A stretch of 64,000 nt of DNA from Octopus vulgaris. Taxonomy: Eukaryota. Numbering within the stretch: the first letter of the stretch is position 1; the number at the start of each line of letters is the position of its first letter. The translations under genes were made by a program, and so were the position numbers. The DNA lies in NCBI GenBank assembly GCA_951406725.2, contig OX597818.1:36146001-36210000 (forward strand), read 5' to 3'. Of the stretch, positions 1 to 13,000 are shown piece by piece. Under the pieces are notes generated by a model. It was given only the letters and a program-made list of their open reading frames with translations, ran no database searches and was not told where the DNA came from.

Positions 1-319
1 CCCTACAGCTTCCAAGAGCACAACTGTATTCGTTTTTGCTTAGATAAAATGACAAAATTGTGGGTGTTAAGTCCCCATGGAGGGGTCTTTCTAACTTTGT
101 AAGAAGATGAAATTTTATAAATATTACTTCATTTGTGTCTAATATCTATGGTTAAAATTTCATCAACAGCAAAAATATATGAATTGTCATGGAGGGTATG
201 GCCCTTATGCTTAGAATATAATTTCCAAATTTCATAAAGATCCATTCAGTACTTTTGACCTAGTTTTGGATCATAAAAGAAATGACTAAAATTTGGGAGT
301 TAAGGCTCCCATTAGGGTG

Positions 320-396
<77 letters not shown>
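320..396. repeat. (TA)n microsatellite
   Basis: Pure TA dinucleotide run. Confidence 0.98.
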
Positions 397-397
<1 letters not shown>

Positions 398-710
398 CAG
401 GAGTGGCTGTGTGGTAAGTAGCTTGCTAACCAGCCACATGGTTCTGGGTTCAGTCCCACTGCGTGGCATCTTGGGTAAGTGTCTTCTGCTATAGCCCCGG
501 GCCGACCAATGCCTTGTGAGTGGATTTGGTAGACAGAAACTGAAAGAAGCCTGTCGTATATATGTATATATATATAACTGTGTGTGTATATGTTTGTGTG
601 TCTGTGTTTGTCCCCCTAGCATTGCTTGACAACCGATGCTGGTGTGTTTACGTCCCCGTCACTTAGCGGTTCGGCAAAAGAGACCGATAGAATAAGTACT
701 GGGCTTACAA
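397..710 (+). mobile_element. tRNA-derived SINE, family A (3'-truncated)
   Basis: A-box-like TGGCTGTGTGGTAAG and B-box-like GGTTCAGTCCC head, internal TA/TG microsatellite; near-identical to many other copies in the window; tail cut at ...cttacaaa. Confidence 0.9.
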
Positions 711-2039
711 ATGAAAGATATTTAGGCGACGTATGGCGTCGTATGGCGTGTGTATGGCGTCCAAGTCTCACTTCCATACAGTAGAATGTTAAGTACGCAT
801 GCCTGGTAAATCTTCATTTTTGTGGTCTTGGTCAGCTTATTGTTGTCCCATGCCCGTTTGGAGAGTTAGGCCATTACAGCAGCTGCCTTGCCAATGCGTA
901 TATTGAGCTCTGTATCAAGGGATAGGTTGTAGGTGACGGTAGATCCAAGATAGGTAAACTTCTCCACCTCCTGTAGTCTGGTCTCCAATATGTATGTTTG
1001 GGATGGTCGATGTAGCCTGACCCATGATGTTGGTCTTCTTGAGGCTGATAAATAAGCCAAAGTTGCCACATGCTTGCTCAAAACAGTTGATGAGCCTTTG
1101 TAGGGCTTCTTCTGTGTGTGATACCAGAGCGGCATCATCAGCAAATAGCATCTCCTTGATCAGGACGCTTTTGATTTTGGTCTTGGCACGCAGACGCGAG
1201 AGATTGAACAGTTTTCCATCACTTTTACTGTGCAGAAACACTCCATCATCATATGTCACAAAGGCATGTGACAGCAGCAGCGAGAAGAAGATGCCAAATA
1301 ATGTAGGAGCAAGGATACAACCTTGCTTTACTCCATTTTTTATTTGGAAGGCGGCTGATGTTGAACCATTGTGCTGAATGGTGCCTTGCATATCATCATG
1401 GAAAGATGTGATGATCCTCAGCAGATTTGGTGGACATCCGATTTTTTGGAGCAGGATGAAGAGGCCTTTTCTACTTACCAAGTCATAGGCCTTTGTCAGA
1501 TCAATGAAGGCCATATATAATGGCATTTTCTGCTCTCTGGACATCTGAAGTTGGCGTATGGAGAATATCATGTGAATAGTTGATCTGCTTCTTCTAAAGC
1601 CACACTGCGATTCTGGATAAATTCGAGAAGCCAGCAGGTGCAGCCTGGACAGGATAATGCAAGCAGAAGCCTTTCCAACAGTGCTTAGAAGAGATATTCC
1701 ACGGTAATTGTTACAATCACCACGTTCACCTTTGTTTTTGTAAAGCGTAATGATGTTACCATCCCGCATATCCTGAGGGACTGTACCCTCTTCCCAGCAC
1801 TGACACTGAAGCTTATGAATGTGCCGAAGCAGGATGGTGTTTTTGCCGGTTTTGATGATCTCTAAGGGGATGCCGTCTTTTCCCGGAGTTACTTGCTAGG
1901 GAGTCAATAGCCTTGGTGAGCTCTGCTATAGATGGCAGACTGTCAAGTTCACACATGACTGGCAAGATCTAGACACCCTCGATTGCAGACTCAGCTACCG
2001 TGGTCTCTCGTGAGTAGAGTTCCTGGTAGTACTCCACCC
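711..2039 (-). mobile_element. RTE-clade non-LTR retrotransposon fragment (reverse transcriptase), frameshifted
   Basis: ORFs 915..1769 and 866..1144: NYRGISLLS, QCGFR, FIDLTKAYD, GVKQGC, FADDAAL, FTYLGS motifs typical of RTE/BovB-type RT. Confidence 0.9.
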
Positions 2040-2171
2040 ATTTTATTACTACCCACAAGGGGCGAACATAGAGGGGACAATACAATCTGATGTGGGGTCA
2101 GACATACGGATGGTTTTTACAAAAAATCGGATTTAAAAATAACATGAAATTACAAGAATATACACAAAATC
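2040..2171 (-). repeat. Inverted copy of the Tx1-like LINE 3' tail (pairs with 5505-5636)
   Basis: 132-bp reverse-complement match with 3 visible mismatches. Confidence 0.95.
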
Positions 2172-5100
2172 TCTCCTGGCAGTCCTACAGGCGGGAGTGG
2201 GGTGTTGGTCCTATTAAAAAGAAACCGGGTTTCTGAGAAAAAGTTAATTTTTGCAGATCCAGAAGGTAGGCTGGTCGTCATGGATTTGACGTTCAGTAAT
2301 GGTAAAGTTATCAGACTGGTTGCAATTTACGCACCCAACAGTAAAAAAGGGCAAAGTGATTATTTTCGTGATCTAGAAAAATTTCTTGGTACTTCGCATT
2401 CATTAGTGGTGCTAGGAGACTTTAACACAATTTGCAAAGCGGATGTAGATTGTGTTGGCTCGTGCCCAGATAGGAGAGGTAACAGTGGCTTCATGGAACT
2501 GCTAAGCCGCTTTGAGCTAGCAGATCCGTATAGGCTGGAATTTCCGAACGCTCCATTGTGGAAATGGTCAAACAGCGACGGATCTTCCAGGTCATATATA
2601 GATAGAATTCTAATTAGAAAAGTAGACAGTAAAATAGCTAAGTGTCCACAGTTTTACCCGATCAGCTACAGTGATCATAAAATGGTCACTTATAAGCTTG
2701 ACATAGATAAGGTTAGAAATAGAGGATCCGGTTACTGGAAACTTAATACGTCCCTTTTGGCGATTAAGGAGTACAAAGACCGGATTAGGAACATAATTCA
2801 GAGGGCACTATCCGGTACCATCATTAATAACAAATGGTGGTACGCCCTCAAACGAGCCATCAAGTTTGAGTCTATTAGATATAGCATAGGAGTAGTGGCT
2901 AGAGAGGCTAGAGGGGATAATACTCTAGTTAAGGAATTAGAGGAAGCCATGAAAACTGGCTCTGCGGCTCAGGTGGCGTCCAAGAGACTGGTGTTAAACC
3001 AGCACCTCGAGGCCAAACACATGGGCTGCATTGTCAGGGCTAGAATCCGCCATATGGGATGTGAAGGAATCAACACCGTGAGATGGGCCCGAGTGGTGGA
3101 AGCTCAGCATGGTAACGGTGCCACGATTCGATCTTTGACGAACCAACAAGGTGAGTTGATAAACGAACCCGAGGAGATGTGTGAGGCCTTTCAGGAGCAC
3201 TTCGCTCAGCTTTTCGGTGAGTGCGGCGGACTGGATAGGAGGAGGGCCTTTACGGACCTACTCGACGGGCTGCCGCGCTTATCGGGGCGAGATGCGGAGG
3301 GCTGTGAAGGGCCAATCACGCCTGAGGAGGTGGTTGAGGCAATGGCAGACTGCGGCGCGGGCAAGGCGCCGGGTTTGGATGGTCTACCCTATGAGTTATA
3401 TAAGAGTATGCCAGACTTGTTCGGGCACCTACTGGCGGAGGTCTATGCGAACTGGCAGCAGAACGGGCTTATACCCAGATCTGTGCGCCGGGGAGTGGTG
3501 ACCCTCGTCAGAAAGGACCCGAGCAAGGGGGAGTGTATTGATAATTTCAGGCCCATCACTCTGCTAAACACAGAGTTGAAGATTTTGGCCAAAGTGTTAT
3601 CGAAAAGATTGGCGCGTGTCGCGGATGGTCTGATCGGGGGAGGCACAGACATGTGCCGTTCCGGGCAGATCCATTCAGGATAATCTCCATCTAATGCGGT
3701 ACACTATAGAGGGGTTTAATAGTGATTCTGGCAAGGGTGGGGCACTGGTCCATTTAGACCAATCGAAAGCTTTTGATAGGGTCGACCATCGTTACCTGGT
3801 ATCTGCCCTGGCACAGTTCGGGCTGAGCCTTGGCTTCCTCAGGTGGATTATCCAAATTTATGATAACATCGACTCGGTAGTTCGGGTGAACGGCTTCTTG
3901 TCGAAGCCGTTCAAAATCAAACGCTCGGTTCGTCAAGGGTGTCCGCTCTCCCCGCTTTTGTACGTGATGGCTCTTGAGCCATTACTGCGAAAACTGAGCG
4001 GCATCCCGAGACAGCCAGGTAATGGAAAATCAGTGTCAGCGTACGCGGATGACATCACCATCATCGTAACCGAAATGGACCACCTATGTAAAGTAGGCAA
4101 GGCCATAGAGGCTTACGAGACGGTGACAGGAGCAAAAGTTAATCGCGAAAAGTCAGTCGGCTTGCAACTCGGCACCTGGAGAGGCAAGTCGATGCCTCCT
4201 GACAGCGTCGTGGGACGTTGGACGGAGGGTCCGATTAAACTGCTAGGGGTCTGGTTCGGTCCAGACCTCCAAATAGAGAAGAATTGGGGCGAGATAACGA
4301 GCAGGGTGGCTGCAATAGCCAAGACCTGGTCTTGGCGGTGGCTATCCCTGAAAGGGAGGGCGGAGGTAGCCAATGTGTTTATCGCATCGGTCATCACCTA
4401 CCGCCTTTCCGTCGTTCCTTGCCCCGATTCGTGGTTGACCAAGTTGGAAAGACAGCTCTTCTACTTCTTGTGGAAGGGTAGGAAACCACTTGAGAAACGC
4501 TCTACTTGCTGTCAACAACCGTTAAAGGGTGGGCTAGGGATGCCTTGGCTGATGATGCGCAGACATGCGCTGAGGTTAAGACATCTGTGGCTCTACCTGG
4601 ATGGTGAACGGGTGTGGTCTCCGTTAGCAAAACTGATGTTTCCCAAGTTCACTAGTTTCGGTGGATGGGAAACCTGGCTGAATCGTAGATCGAAACTCGG
4701 TACTTGGTACACGGAGTGTCGCAAGGCTCTCCTGCTATTCCGTCGCTCGGGCAACGCCTGCGGTGGGGGTTCCACCACATTCTTCTATAGAGGGTTGGTA
4801 GAGGCGGAATGTGAAGATACCTTGGGGAAACCCTAGGTCTCGACGATAATCAGCTGGCCAGTCTGTTCCGACGTACGTTCAAGCCGAGGACACTGGACAA
4901 CTTCCAGAAGTCTCTGGCATGGCAATGCTACAGAGGAGCTCTACCTGTTCGGGATAAACTCGCAAGGCACGGTGGCCAAGACAGTCCGATATGTCCAAGA
5001 TGCGGGCGGGATAGGGAAACCGTCCCGCACGCTATTGTTCATTGTCCGGACGTGTCTGAGGTGTGGGTTTATGCCGAACAGCTGTTGTCAGGTACACGAA

Positions 5101-5636
5101 GAGTACAGCTGTCGACTGAGTCGATTACAAAAATTGACCCACCGGATTTCCTCGTGAATGAAGGTAAGTTTCGTTTTCTCGTTGTAGTAGCAATTGCGAA
5201 AGAGGTGATATGGAAGACGAGAGTGAAAGGTTTACAGTCAGGCAAGTTCATCTCTGGCCCTGGTTTGATGAATTATTTCATCTTTCACCTGAAAAGGAAG
5301 ATAGGGCTGGAGAGAATATGCCTGACTAGGAGAGTGTATGAAGAACGATGGAAAGATGTGGCACGGAAGTTGCGAGTGAAAGATACAACATAAATGTAAT
5401 ACCAAGCGCAACCAAAAGTATCAGTGGGGAGGCGGGGCTCGTGGGGTCCGAGCTAAACCCGCACCCACTCCACCTGTAATGTCTTCCGGTCTGTTTCATC
5501 ATTCGATTTTGTGTTTATTCTTGTAATTTCATGTTATTTTTAAATCCGATTCTTTGTAAAAACCATCCGTATGTCTGACCCCACAGCAGATTGTATTGTC
5601 CCCTCTATGTTCGCCCCTTGTGGGTAGTAATAAAAT
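2172..5636 (+). mobile_element. Tx1/L1-clade LINE, 5'-truncated ORF2 (APE endonuclease + RT + C-terminal CCHC), frameshifted, with 3' UTR
   Basis: IYAPN, LGDFN, SYIDRI, SDH (APE); GYWKLN; APGLDG; FRPITLLN; QGCPLSP; YADD; CPRC...H...C knuckle near 4990-5050; ORFs 2202..3683, 3694..4836 and 5052..5393 in different frames. Confidence 0.92.
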
Positions 5637-5846
5637 CAACTGAATCATCACTATGTAGTTCTTTTCTGATTTTTGCTGGATTTTACCTCGAGAAAGGAAC
5701 CCTGAGGAAGGAAGGCTGTATTTCGAATACTTCGTACAACCACTCTTCTGAAACGGCTGCACGGTAGGAAAAAAATTTTAATCGCCTCTTTCAATTTAGG
5801 TTTTTATTTTTCATGTTTATATTTGTATTTTATTGTTATGTTTATA

Positions 5847-6409
5847 TTGGGTTGTCCGGAAAGTTCGTTCCGATTTTTAAAGGAAAGTAAAGGTCACTAA
5901 ATACTTGCCATTACATTTTTAATGAACCAAATATGAACCATTTCGTTGCACAATACGTCTCCATCTTTCCTTTACCTTGAAAATACCCTCTTCCCAGAAT
6001 TGGGGTGGTTTCAAGGCAAAGAATTCAAGGTATCTTTTTACGTCATCTAAGGAATTAAAATTTTTACCATTAAAACTTTTCTGCAGAGACCTGAATAAGT
6101 GGAAATCCGAAGGAGCAATATCTGGTGAATATGGAGGGTGGGGGTAACACATCCTAGCCGAGCTGCAGCAATTTTTGTCTGGTTCCCAAAGCATCAAGTG
6201 CCGAAAATGAACTTTCTCATCTTTTATTTTAAAGGGTTACAGAATTAACACAGGTTATAGGAACATAAACCTTCTTCCACTAAAAGATAGCTTAAACTGT
6301 GCTCTCAATGGAGATGTAGTCAAATCCTATTTCATGGACACAAATATGTTCTAAAATAAGTCGAAAGATAAGCTACTATACATCGGCATGAATTTTCCGG
6401 ACAACCCAA
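5847..6409 (-). mobile_element. Internally deleted mariner transposon with TIRs
   Basis: TIRs ttgggttgtccggaaagttc... / ...gaattttccggacaacccaa; C-terminal HPPYSPDIAPSDFHLFRSL motif (ORF 5919..6197). Confidence 0.9.
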
Positions 6410-6879
6410 TTTTTTTATATTTTTATCATGAAACTCTTAATATAAGTATGTGTATTTTCGTATGGAATAATACCTCATGTGCTACATCTGAATTTTCTTG
6501 TCTGAATGTTTTAAGACAAATATCCGAAATTTTTATCGTATACCACATTTTATTAATACTTAGCTCATATACGGAGACAAAAATGTTGTACTATATACTG
6601 CAGGTTATCTCTATTGAAATTCTCGTATTATATACATTATATATATAATATACACACTGGCGGTTTACTGCACTTTAGTTGCTTGCTGATGTTCGAAAAG
6701 GAAACTTTTTGCTGTAATATACGATTTTTGCTCTCGTGACTGGACTAAGGCTACGTTGTTTTCCCATTATTAATAAATTGTATAATAACATTAAATTATA
6801 ACTTTATATGGTGCATTTAGGCTCGTTGCGTGACCACCCATTTTGACAAAAAGAATTGTATACATATTTCATTGTTATA

Positions 6880-7890
6880 TTTAATTGAGAGTTAATCATC
6901 AATGTACTTTCCCTGATTATCTATGACATACTTCCATCCATTTACAAGCTTTATAATCCCATCAATGTAAAACTCTTTTGGTTTTAAAAGCGAAGAACTC
7001 TGAAATGTCAGGTTCGACCTCCTCCTGGCTTGCGAAAGTTGTGTACCCCTAATAATTCTGGGAACTATGAAACAAATGGTATCCTAAAGGAGTAAGGTCG
7101 GGAGAATAAGTTGGATGAAGAAATTTTTCCAAACCGACCTCTTCGGTCTTCTGTGATGTGATCTTTGCAGTGTGGGGTTGCGCATTGTCCTGGTGAAACA
7201 TCACTCGTTTTCGACTTACTAAAGCGGCTCTTTTTTCCTTCAAAGCTTGGTTCAAACGCTCTAATTGCTGACAGACTTGAGCATTAATTGTTGCATTAGG
7301 TGGTAACAATATAAAGTGAATTACGCATTTGCAATCGCACCAGATAGAGTAGAACCTTTTACCCATGAAGTTCCCTTCACGGTTGTGGTTGAGCATTTTC
7401 CCTTTTACCAAGCCACTATTTACGACGTTGAACATTTCAATAGAAAATCCATTTTTCGTCACAAGTCTATCGAAAAAGGGTGGAATGAGTTTGCGAGAAT
7501 GGAGAGAAGAGCAGATCTCAACTCGGGATTTGCGGTTGCTTTCGGACAATACATGAGGCACCTATTTTCCAAGTTTAGGAATCTTTCCACGTTGTTGAAA
7601 ATGACGATAAGCTGTTGTATGGTTTGAAGTAAGCTCTATTGCCAATTCTTCAACTGATAATGACGGATTTTCTTCAAGTAATGCCTCAAGGAGCTTATTA
7701 TCAAACTCAACTGGACATCCTATTCGATCTTCATCTTCAATTTTGCAAACGATCTCCTGCAAGTTCTTTCATTTCAGCACTTTCCCAAAAACTGAGTGTA
7801 TGTTTCGAGTCACTTCAGCTGCAGAGTTACTTTTATTGTACTCATAAAGAATTATATGTGCCTTAAATGCTCCTTGGATTCTTCCATGTT
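6880..7890 (-). mobile_element. Degenerate mariner (DD34D-type) transposase
   Basis: ORFs 7562..7762 and 7049..7561: HTH-like region, PHVL, FHQDNAQPH, HPTYSPDLTP. Confidence 0.85.
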
Positions 7891-7916
7891 GAATGGGTTT
7901 TAATCAAAGCAATTTT

Positions 7917-9275
7917 AGGGTGTCCACGAAGTCAGGGTACATGGAATAAAATCATAACAAACAAATATAAGAAATAAGGTTTCTTTTTTTTTACTTTTGT
8001 TGAAATTAAATTAAAAAAATACTTTACTTTTCTAAATTTATTATTTTTTCTACAGATAATCGAATGATAGCTCTCTCTAAAGAAAGAATCCCAGATCGAA
8101 TGATGGATCTGTCTAAAGAAAGAATCCCAGATCGAATGATGGATCTGTCTAAAGAAGAAAGAATCGAGTTAGTATTATTAGGTGAACGAGAGGGATGGTC
8201 TTATTGCGGAAGAATTTAATCTTCGACACCCTTATGGGTAACCTTTTTTTTTTTTTTTTTTTTTTTACTGCCGTCGGGAAATTGATCAAGAAATTTAAAG
8301 AAACAGGCAGTGTTTTGGATAAGCTCCGTCCCGGGCGAATAAAGACTTCAGATGAATCGAAAGAAGCTGTCATAGCTAAAGTTTCTGCTAGCCCAAAGAA
8401 ATCACTTCGTCGGACATCCACGGTGTTAGGTGTTCCAAATCCAACCATCCACAAAATGCTGGTGAGGAAAAGTTTCATCGATACAACCTAAAAATATTGC
8501 ATCACTTAAATGAAGACGACCCTAATAGACGAATGTAGACGTGCGAATGGTTTTCAAATAAATTGGATGAAAATATCAATTTTACGAAAAACTTTGTTGT
8601 TCAGTGACAAAGCTACCTTTCATGTAAATGGTGAGGTCAACAGACAGAATCTTCTATACTGGTCTCTAGGTAATCGACATTGGATGTATCCATCCAAACA
8701 GCAAGGCAGCAAAAAGGTGATGGTGTGGTGTGGTTTGTGGAAAGCTCATGTTCTAGGACCCTTCTTCATTGAACATGTAACGGATGAGACTTGTGTAAAC
8801 ATATTGAGAGACAAATTAATATCTCAAATTGAGCGCCGAGGCGAGGGCCTTCTAAATTGGTTTCAGCAGAATGGGGCCCCTACCCATTTTGCCACAACTG
8901 TTAGAGATTGGCTTAATGACACTTTTCCTCACTGGATTGGAAGAAGGGCTCATATGGAAAGGTCCCCTCGTTCACCAGACCTTTCTCCCGTTGATTTCTT
9001 TTTCTGGGGTATGTTGAAAGAGAATGATTACAATAAAGATTACAGATTTAAAACACATGAGAGAACGCATTACCAGTCAGTGTGTTGAAATTGATGGCAA
9101 TGTAGACTTATTTAATCAAGTTCACCTGAATTTTGCAAGGCGCATCAAGTTATGCATTGAAAAATGATGGAAATCACTTTGAAAATATTATTTATTAACA
9201 TTATAATTAAATAAAATTGGTTTATTTTAAAAGTATGTGTTAATCCTCATATATGCAGACTTTGTGGACACCCTC
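7917..9275 (+). mobile_element. Tc1/mariner superfamily (rosa/DD41D-like) transposon, decayed, with TIRs
   Basis: TIRs agggtgtccacgaagtc / gactttgtggacaccct; FSDKATFHVNG, WFQQNGAPTH, WIGR, SPRSPDLSPVDFFFWG; 36-bp tandem duplication near 8076-8155. Confidence 0.85.
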
Positions 9276-9296
9276 TATTATTTTGTAAAACAATAT

Positions 9297-10032
9297 CCGA
9301 AAAACCGCCCGCTGCCGCCGGTCAGCGACGTGCATCGGCAACCTACTCGACCCATCTTGAAACTTGGACCCAGGTGTCCCAGTCGACTGCGAGTCGTTGG
9401 AGCCTTTTACTTCGCGAACTCCAACGGCACAGCGAAAGTGAGAACGTGACACGTCATCGCTCGCGACGACAGTGACGCTCGCGTCGTTCGGGCTCGCGCG
9501 CGGCCCCTCGAAGCATCGTTCCCGCGCCGAGTCCACGCGTTCGCGACCTTGTTTGCGCGCGCCGTCGCCTTCCCGCTCCGACTCGGGTGTAGCAGGCGGT
9601 CGGGGACCCGAAAGATGGTGATCCACACCCGGTCGGGACGAAGCCAGAGGAAACTCTGGTGGAAATCCGAAGCGCCTCCGCGGCGATATCGAGCGCGAGT
9701 TTGTGTGTCTGTGTGTTAGGCACGCGGCAGCGGACGACTAACCGAGTTGTTAGTCGTCATATTTAGTAGAGGTATCGAGCAGGAGTGCGTGCGTCGTTAC
9801 GCGTTTCCTTGCAGAGGCGAGTGCGCGGCGCGGCGCGGCCAAATGCGTGAAACTGGTGCGAGTGACTGCATCGTTCCGTCGATGAGACGTCTTTCTAAAG
9901 AAGCGCGGTCGCCCGCATGACGACTGGGAACCGACGGAGCAATCCGAAGTCCACGAGTGCGGCCGGTCGGTCGGCGCACGAACGCGAAAGAATAAGAAGC
10001 GCGGGCAAACGGCGGGAGTAATTCCGACTCTC
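9297..10032 (+). pseudogene. Divergent, internally deleted 28S rRNA-derived fragment ending at the R2 target site
   Basis: cgacccatcttgaaacttggacc (~CGACCCGTCTTGAAACACGGACC), gacccgaaagatggtga, gaagccagaggaaactctggtgga, then gaagcgcgggcaaacggcgggagtaattccgactctc. Confidence 0.85.
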
Positions 10033-13000
10033 AGAATAGTGATGGAAAATAACAAGGTAGAAAACAAACGGTAACCAGGCGCCGCCAAACTGGTGGCCTG
10101 TGGGTCCGGGATGGGGCCCGCAGGTCAGGCTGAACGCACTACCCAGTTGTGTTCGGCCGCACTACGACCCTCCCTTGCAAGGGACAATGAGCCATCTTCC
10201 CTGCACGGAATATCTGGTGGCTCGCTTGAACATGACAAAACCAGTGTCGGGCGTTCTCTTTTGCGCCCGACACTGACGTATAATCGGAATAAAGTAGGTA
10301 TTTTTAGATTAGACTACAATAACCATTCCTTGGTGGTAAAAGGCTTTCAGCTCCCGCTGGATCTAGCACACGACCCGGTCGATGACGTCCAGTCTCTTTA
10401 GAGACGGACCGAGGTGGGGTCGCTAGGGACCTCCCCCATGACGTCCATTCTCTTAATTTAGAAATGGACCGAGAGGAGGTAGTGAGGGTATCAAGCCTCA
10501 CTCCAGCTGGGAGCGAATTTTCGCTGACTATTCCCTGCGCGTCGTGCTCCATAGCCTGTCCGCTATGTCCTCTACGCTTCTCTTCTCTCCCTAGATGGGG
10601 AGAACATTTAGACAGTAGACACGGCGTGAGGCCTGTCTACAGATGCAGTAAGTGTGGTAGGGAAAGTGGTCACCTCCATTCGATGAGGTGCCACGCCGGC
10701 TTGTGTGATGGTGGTGCATCTAGAGCGCCTACCCCTAGTCCTGCTCTATTCTCCTTCTAATGCGACCACTGCAGCCGTTCTCTTTTTGACGGCTGTAGGC
10801 CGATCGCAGCACGTTCGCCACAAGCATCTTGCTGTGGATAATGCCCGCAGGATTGCTGCTCGTCTGGAGCAAGTGGCGAAAAAGCGTGCCGATCGGGCAG
10901 CCGCTGCCGAGGCATCAGGCCGAAAATGCAGAGGCTGTTGGTCTGACGAGGAAGTAGCGGTCTTCGTCGAGAAGGAGGCAGAGCTGGTAAAGACAGGGGT
11001 AAGGCATATAAATGCAGCCATCGCACGGTTCCTACCTGGCAAGACTGCCAAGCAGGTAGGATCCAAGAGGGCTGCTCTTACCAAAAGGGCTCGTGTGAGT
11101 CATCAAGGGTCAGAGCGGTCCGCTGCCGATTCCCAACCACAGATCGAGGGAGGACCCCAGTCTAACTTTGATTGGAAGGATCGCTTCCTCGATGCTGCAT
11201 GTCCCGGGCATACCCGTTGGTCTGCAGTCTTCTCCGAGGCCCTATTGGAACTCGTAGAAAACGGGACCTCGGCTGCCTGGGGCTCTTTTGAGAGAAGAGT
11301 AGAGGACTGGGTAGAGCACTACAGATCGCGTAGGGAAGAGACCACCAGGAATGATAGTTAGGACTTCAAGAAATAATACCAATTTTCGGCGGCGGGGTAG
11401 GCGACTTGCATACGCCCGCCACCAGAACTTATTCAAGAAAGATAGGAAGAGGCTCCTTGCAGTTGTTTTAGGCGAGGATAAGGAGCAGGAATGCCCAACC
11501 CCACTCTATGCTATAGAGGGAGGCATTCTGCTCCAGGCCCTGAGGTCGATCTTACGGACTACCCTTCCTCCTCCCAGGTTGAGAACGGCCCTATTTTGAG
11601 ACCGTTCTCCGTGGAGGAGGTTAAAGTTAGTAGACGCAAGATGATCTCCTCAGCGGCGGGTCCAGATGGTCTCACAATTAGTGAGATCAAATCAATGGAC
11701 CCAGCTATCCTCGCAAATATATGCAACTGCATGTTGCTGGCGGGTAAGGTGCCCGATATCCTGAAGCGGGGTAGGTCTGTCCTCGTATCAAAGATCTTGC
11801 AAATTGGCGACCAATTACGATATGTTCTGCGGCATATCGTTTATTTTCGAAAATGGTCACCAAACGCATGCTTCAGGTAACTCCCCTCAATCCAAGCTAA
11901 AGAGGCTTTATCCGCGCTGACGGCTGCAGTGAGAACTCGTTTCTCCTTCGGCAGCTCGTCAGTCGCGCGATGGGGAGGCCAGCACGACTGAGAATACCGC
12001 GGCTGGAGGTTGCCTTCTTAGATCTTTCCAAGGCCTTCGACACAGTCTCGCATTCATTGGTCTATGCGGGACTGCGGAGACTTGGGTTCCACGAGCATGT
12101 TTTAGCGCTCGTGGAGAGGATCTACGAAGGCAGCACTACCAGATTCTCAGTCGGTGGGCAACTTAGTGAACCCATAGAGATTCGTCGAGGTGTTAGACAG
12201 GGGGACGCGCTCTCGCCGATCCTCTTCAACATTGCAACAAACCCGCTGCTAAATGTGTTATCCGGCAGTGGGGATTTGCAAGTTGAGGGGATCCGGATGG
12301 ATGGAATCGCGTACGCTGACAACATAGCCCTAGTTGCAAAATCGCGCGATGGTCTCCAGGCTCTTATAGACAGATGCCTGGAGTTTTATCGCGCGGTTGG
12401 ACTCGGGCTTAATGTCGGTAAGTGCGCGTGGTTCTCCATCCGCGGCTGGGGCAAGTCCTACCTTGTCAACGAGAACACCCCGCCGAGTGTCGATGGTGTC
12501 ACTATTAAAAACGTAGAACCGGGGAAGAGAGTATCTTATCTAGGTGTTAATATCCCCACGTGGACTTCGACCTCAAGTCGGGAGTTCGATTTAGATTCAG
12601 TGGAGCAGGTGTCCCTGGACATTAATAAAATGTGCAGGGGTCCGCTGAAACCCCGACAGAAATTCCTCTTGCTCCAGCGATACTACCTGCCTAGACTCTT
12701 TTATGGTCTAGTACAGGTACTGCAGTCAAGAGGAATACTTGAGAGGCTTGACACGGCCATCCGCGTGGGGGCTAGAAAAATGCTACATCTCCCCGACTCT
12801 ACGTCCTCTTCCTTCCTATATAGCAGCCGGCGGGGCGGAGGGTTAAGTCTTCACCAGATGGTGAGACTGATACCAAAATCCGTCGTCCGCCGAAACCTTC
12901 GCCTGTTGACGTCAGAGTATGTCTCTGTGAGAAAGGTTGCTGATTTTGCAGGATTAGCCGAACAGAACCAGTAACTTATAGCTTCCTTCGATTTGCCTTT

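Noticed and set aside
320-622. Recurrent ORF ...[22 protein letters not shown]...
   Set aside because: Antisense translation of SINE family A, not a gene family
9237-10088. GC-rich ORFs on both strands
   Set aside because: Explained by 28S-derived GC-rich sequence; no protein motifs
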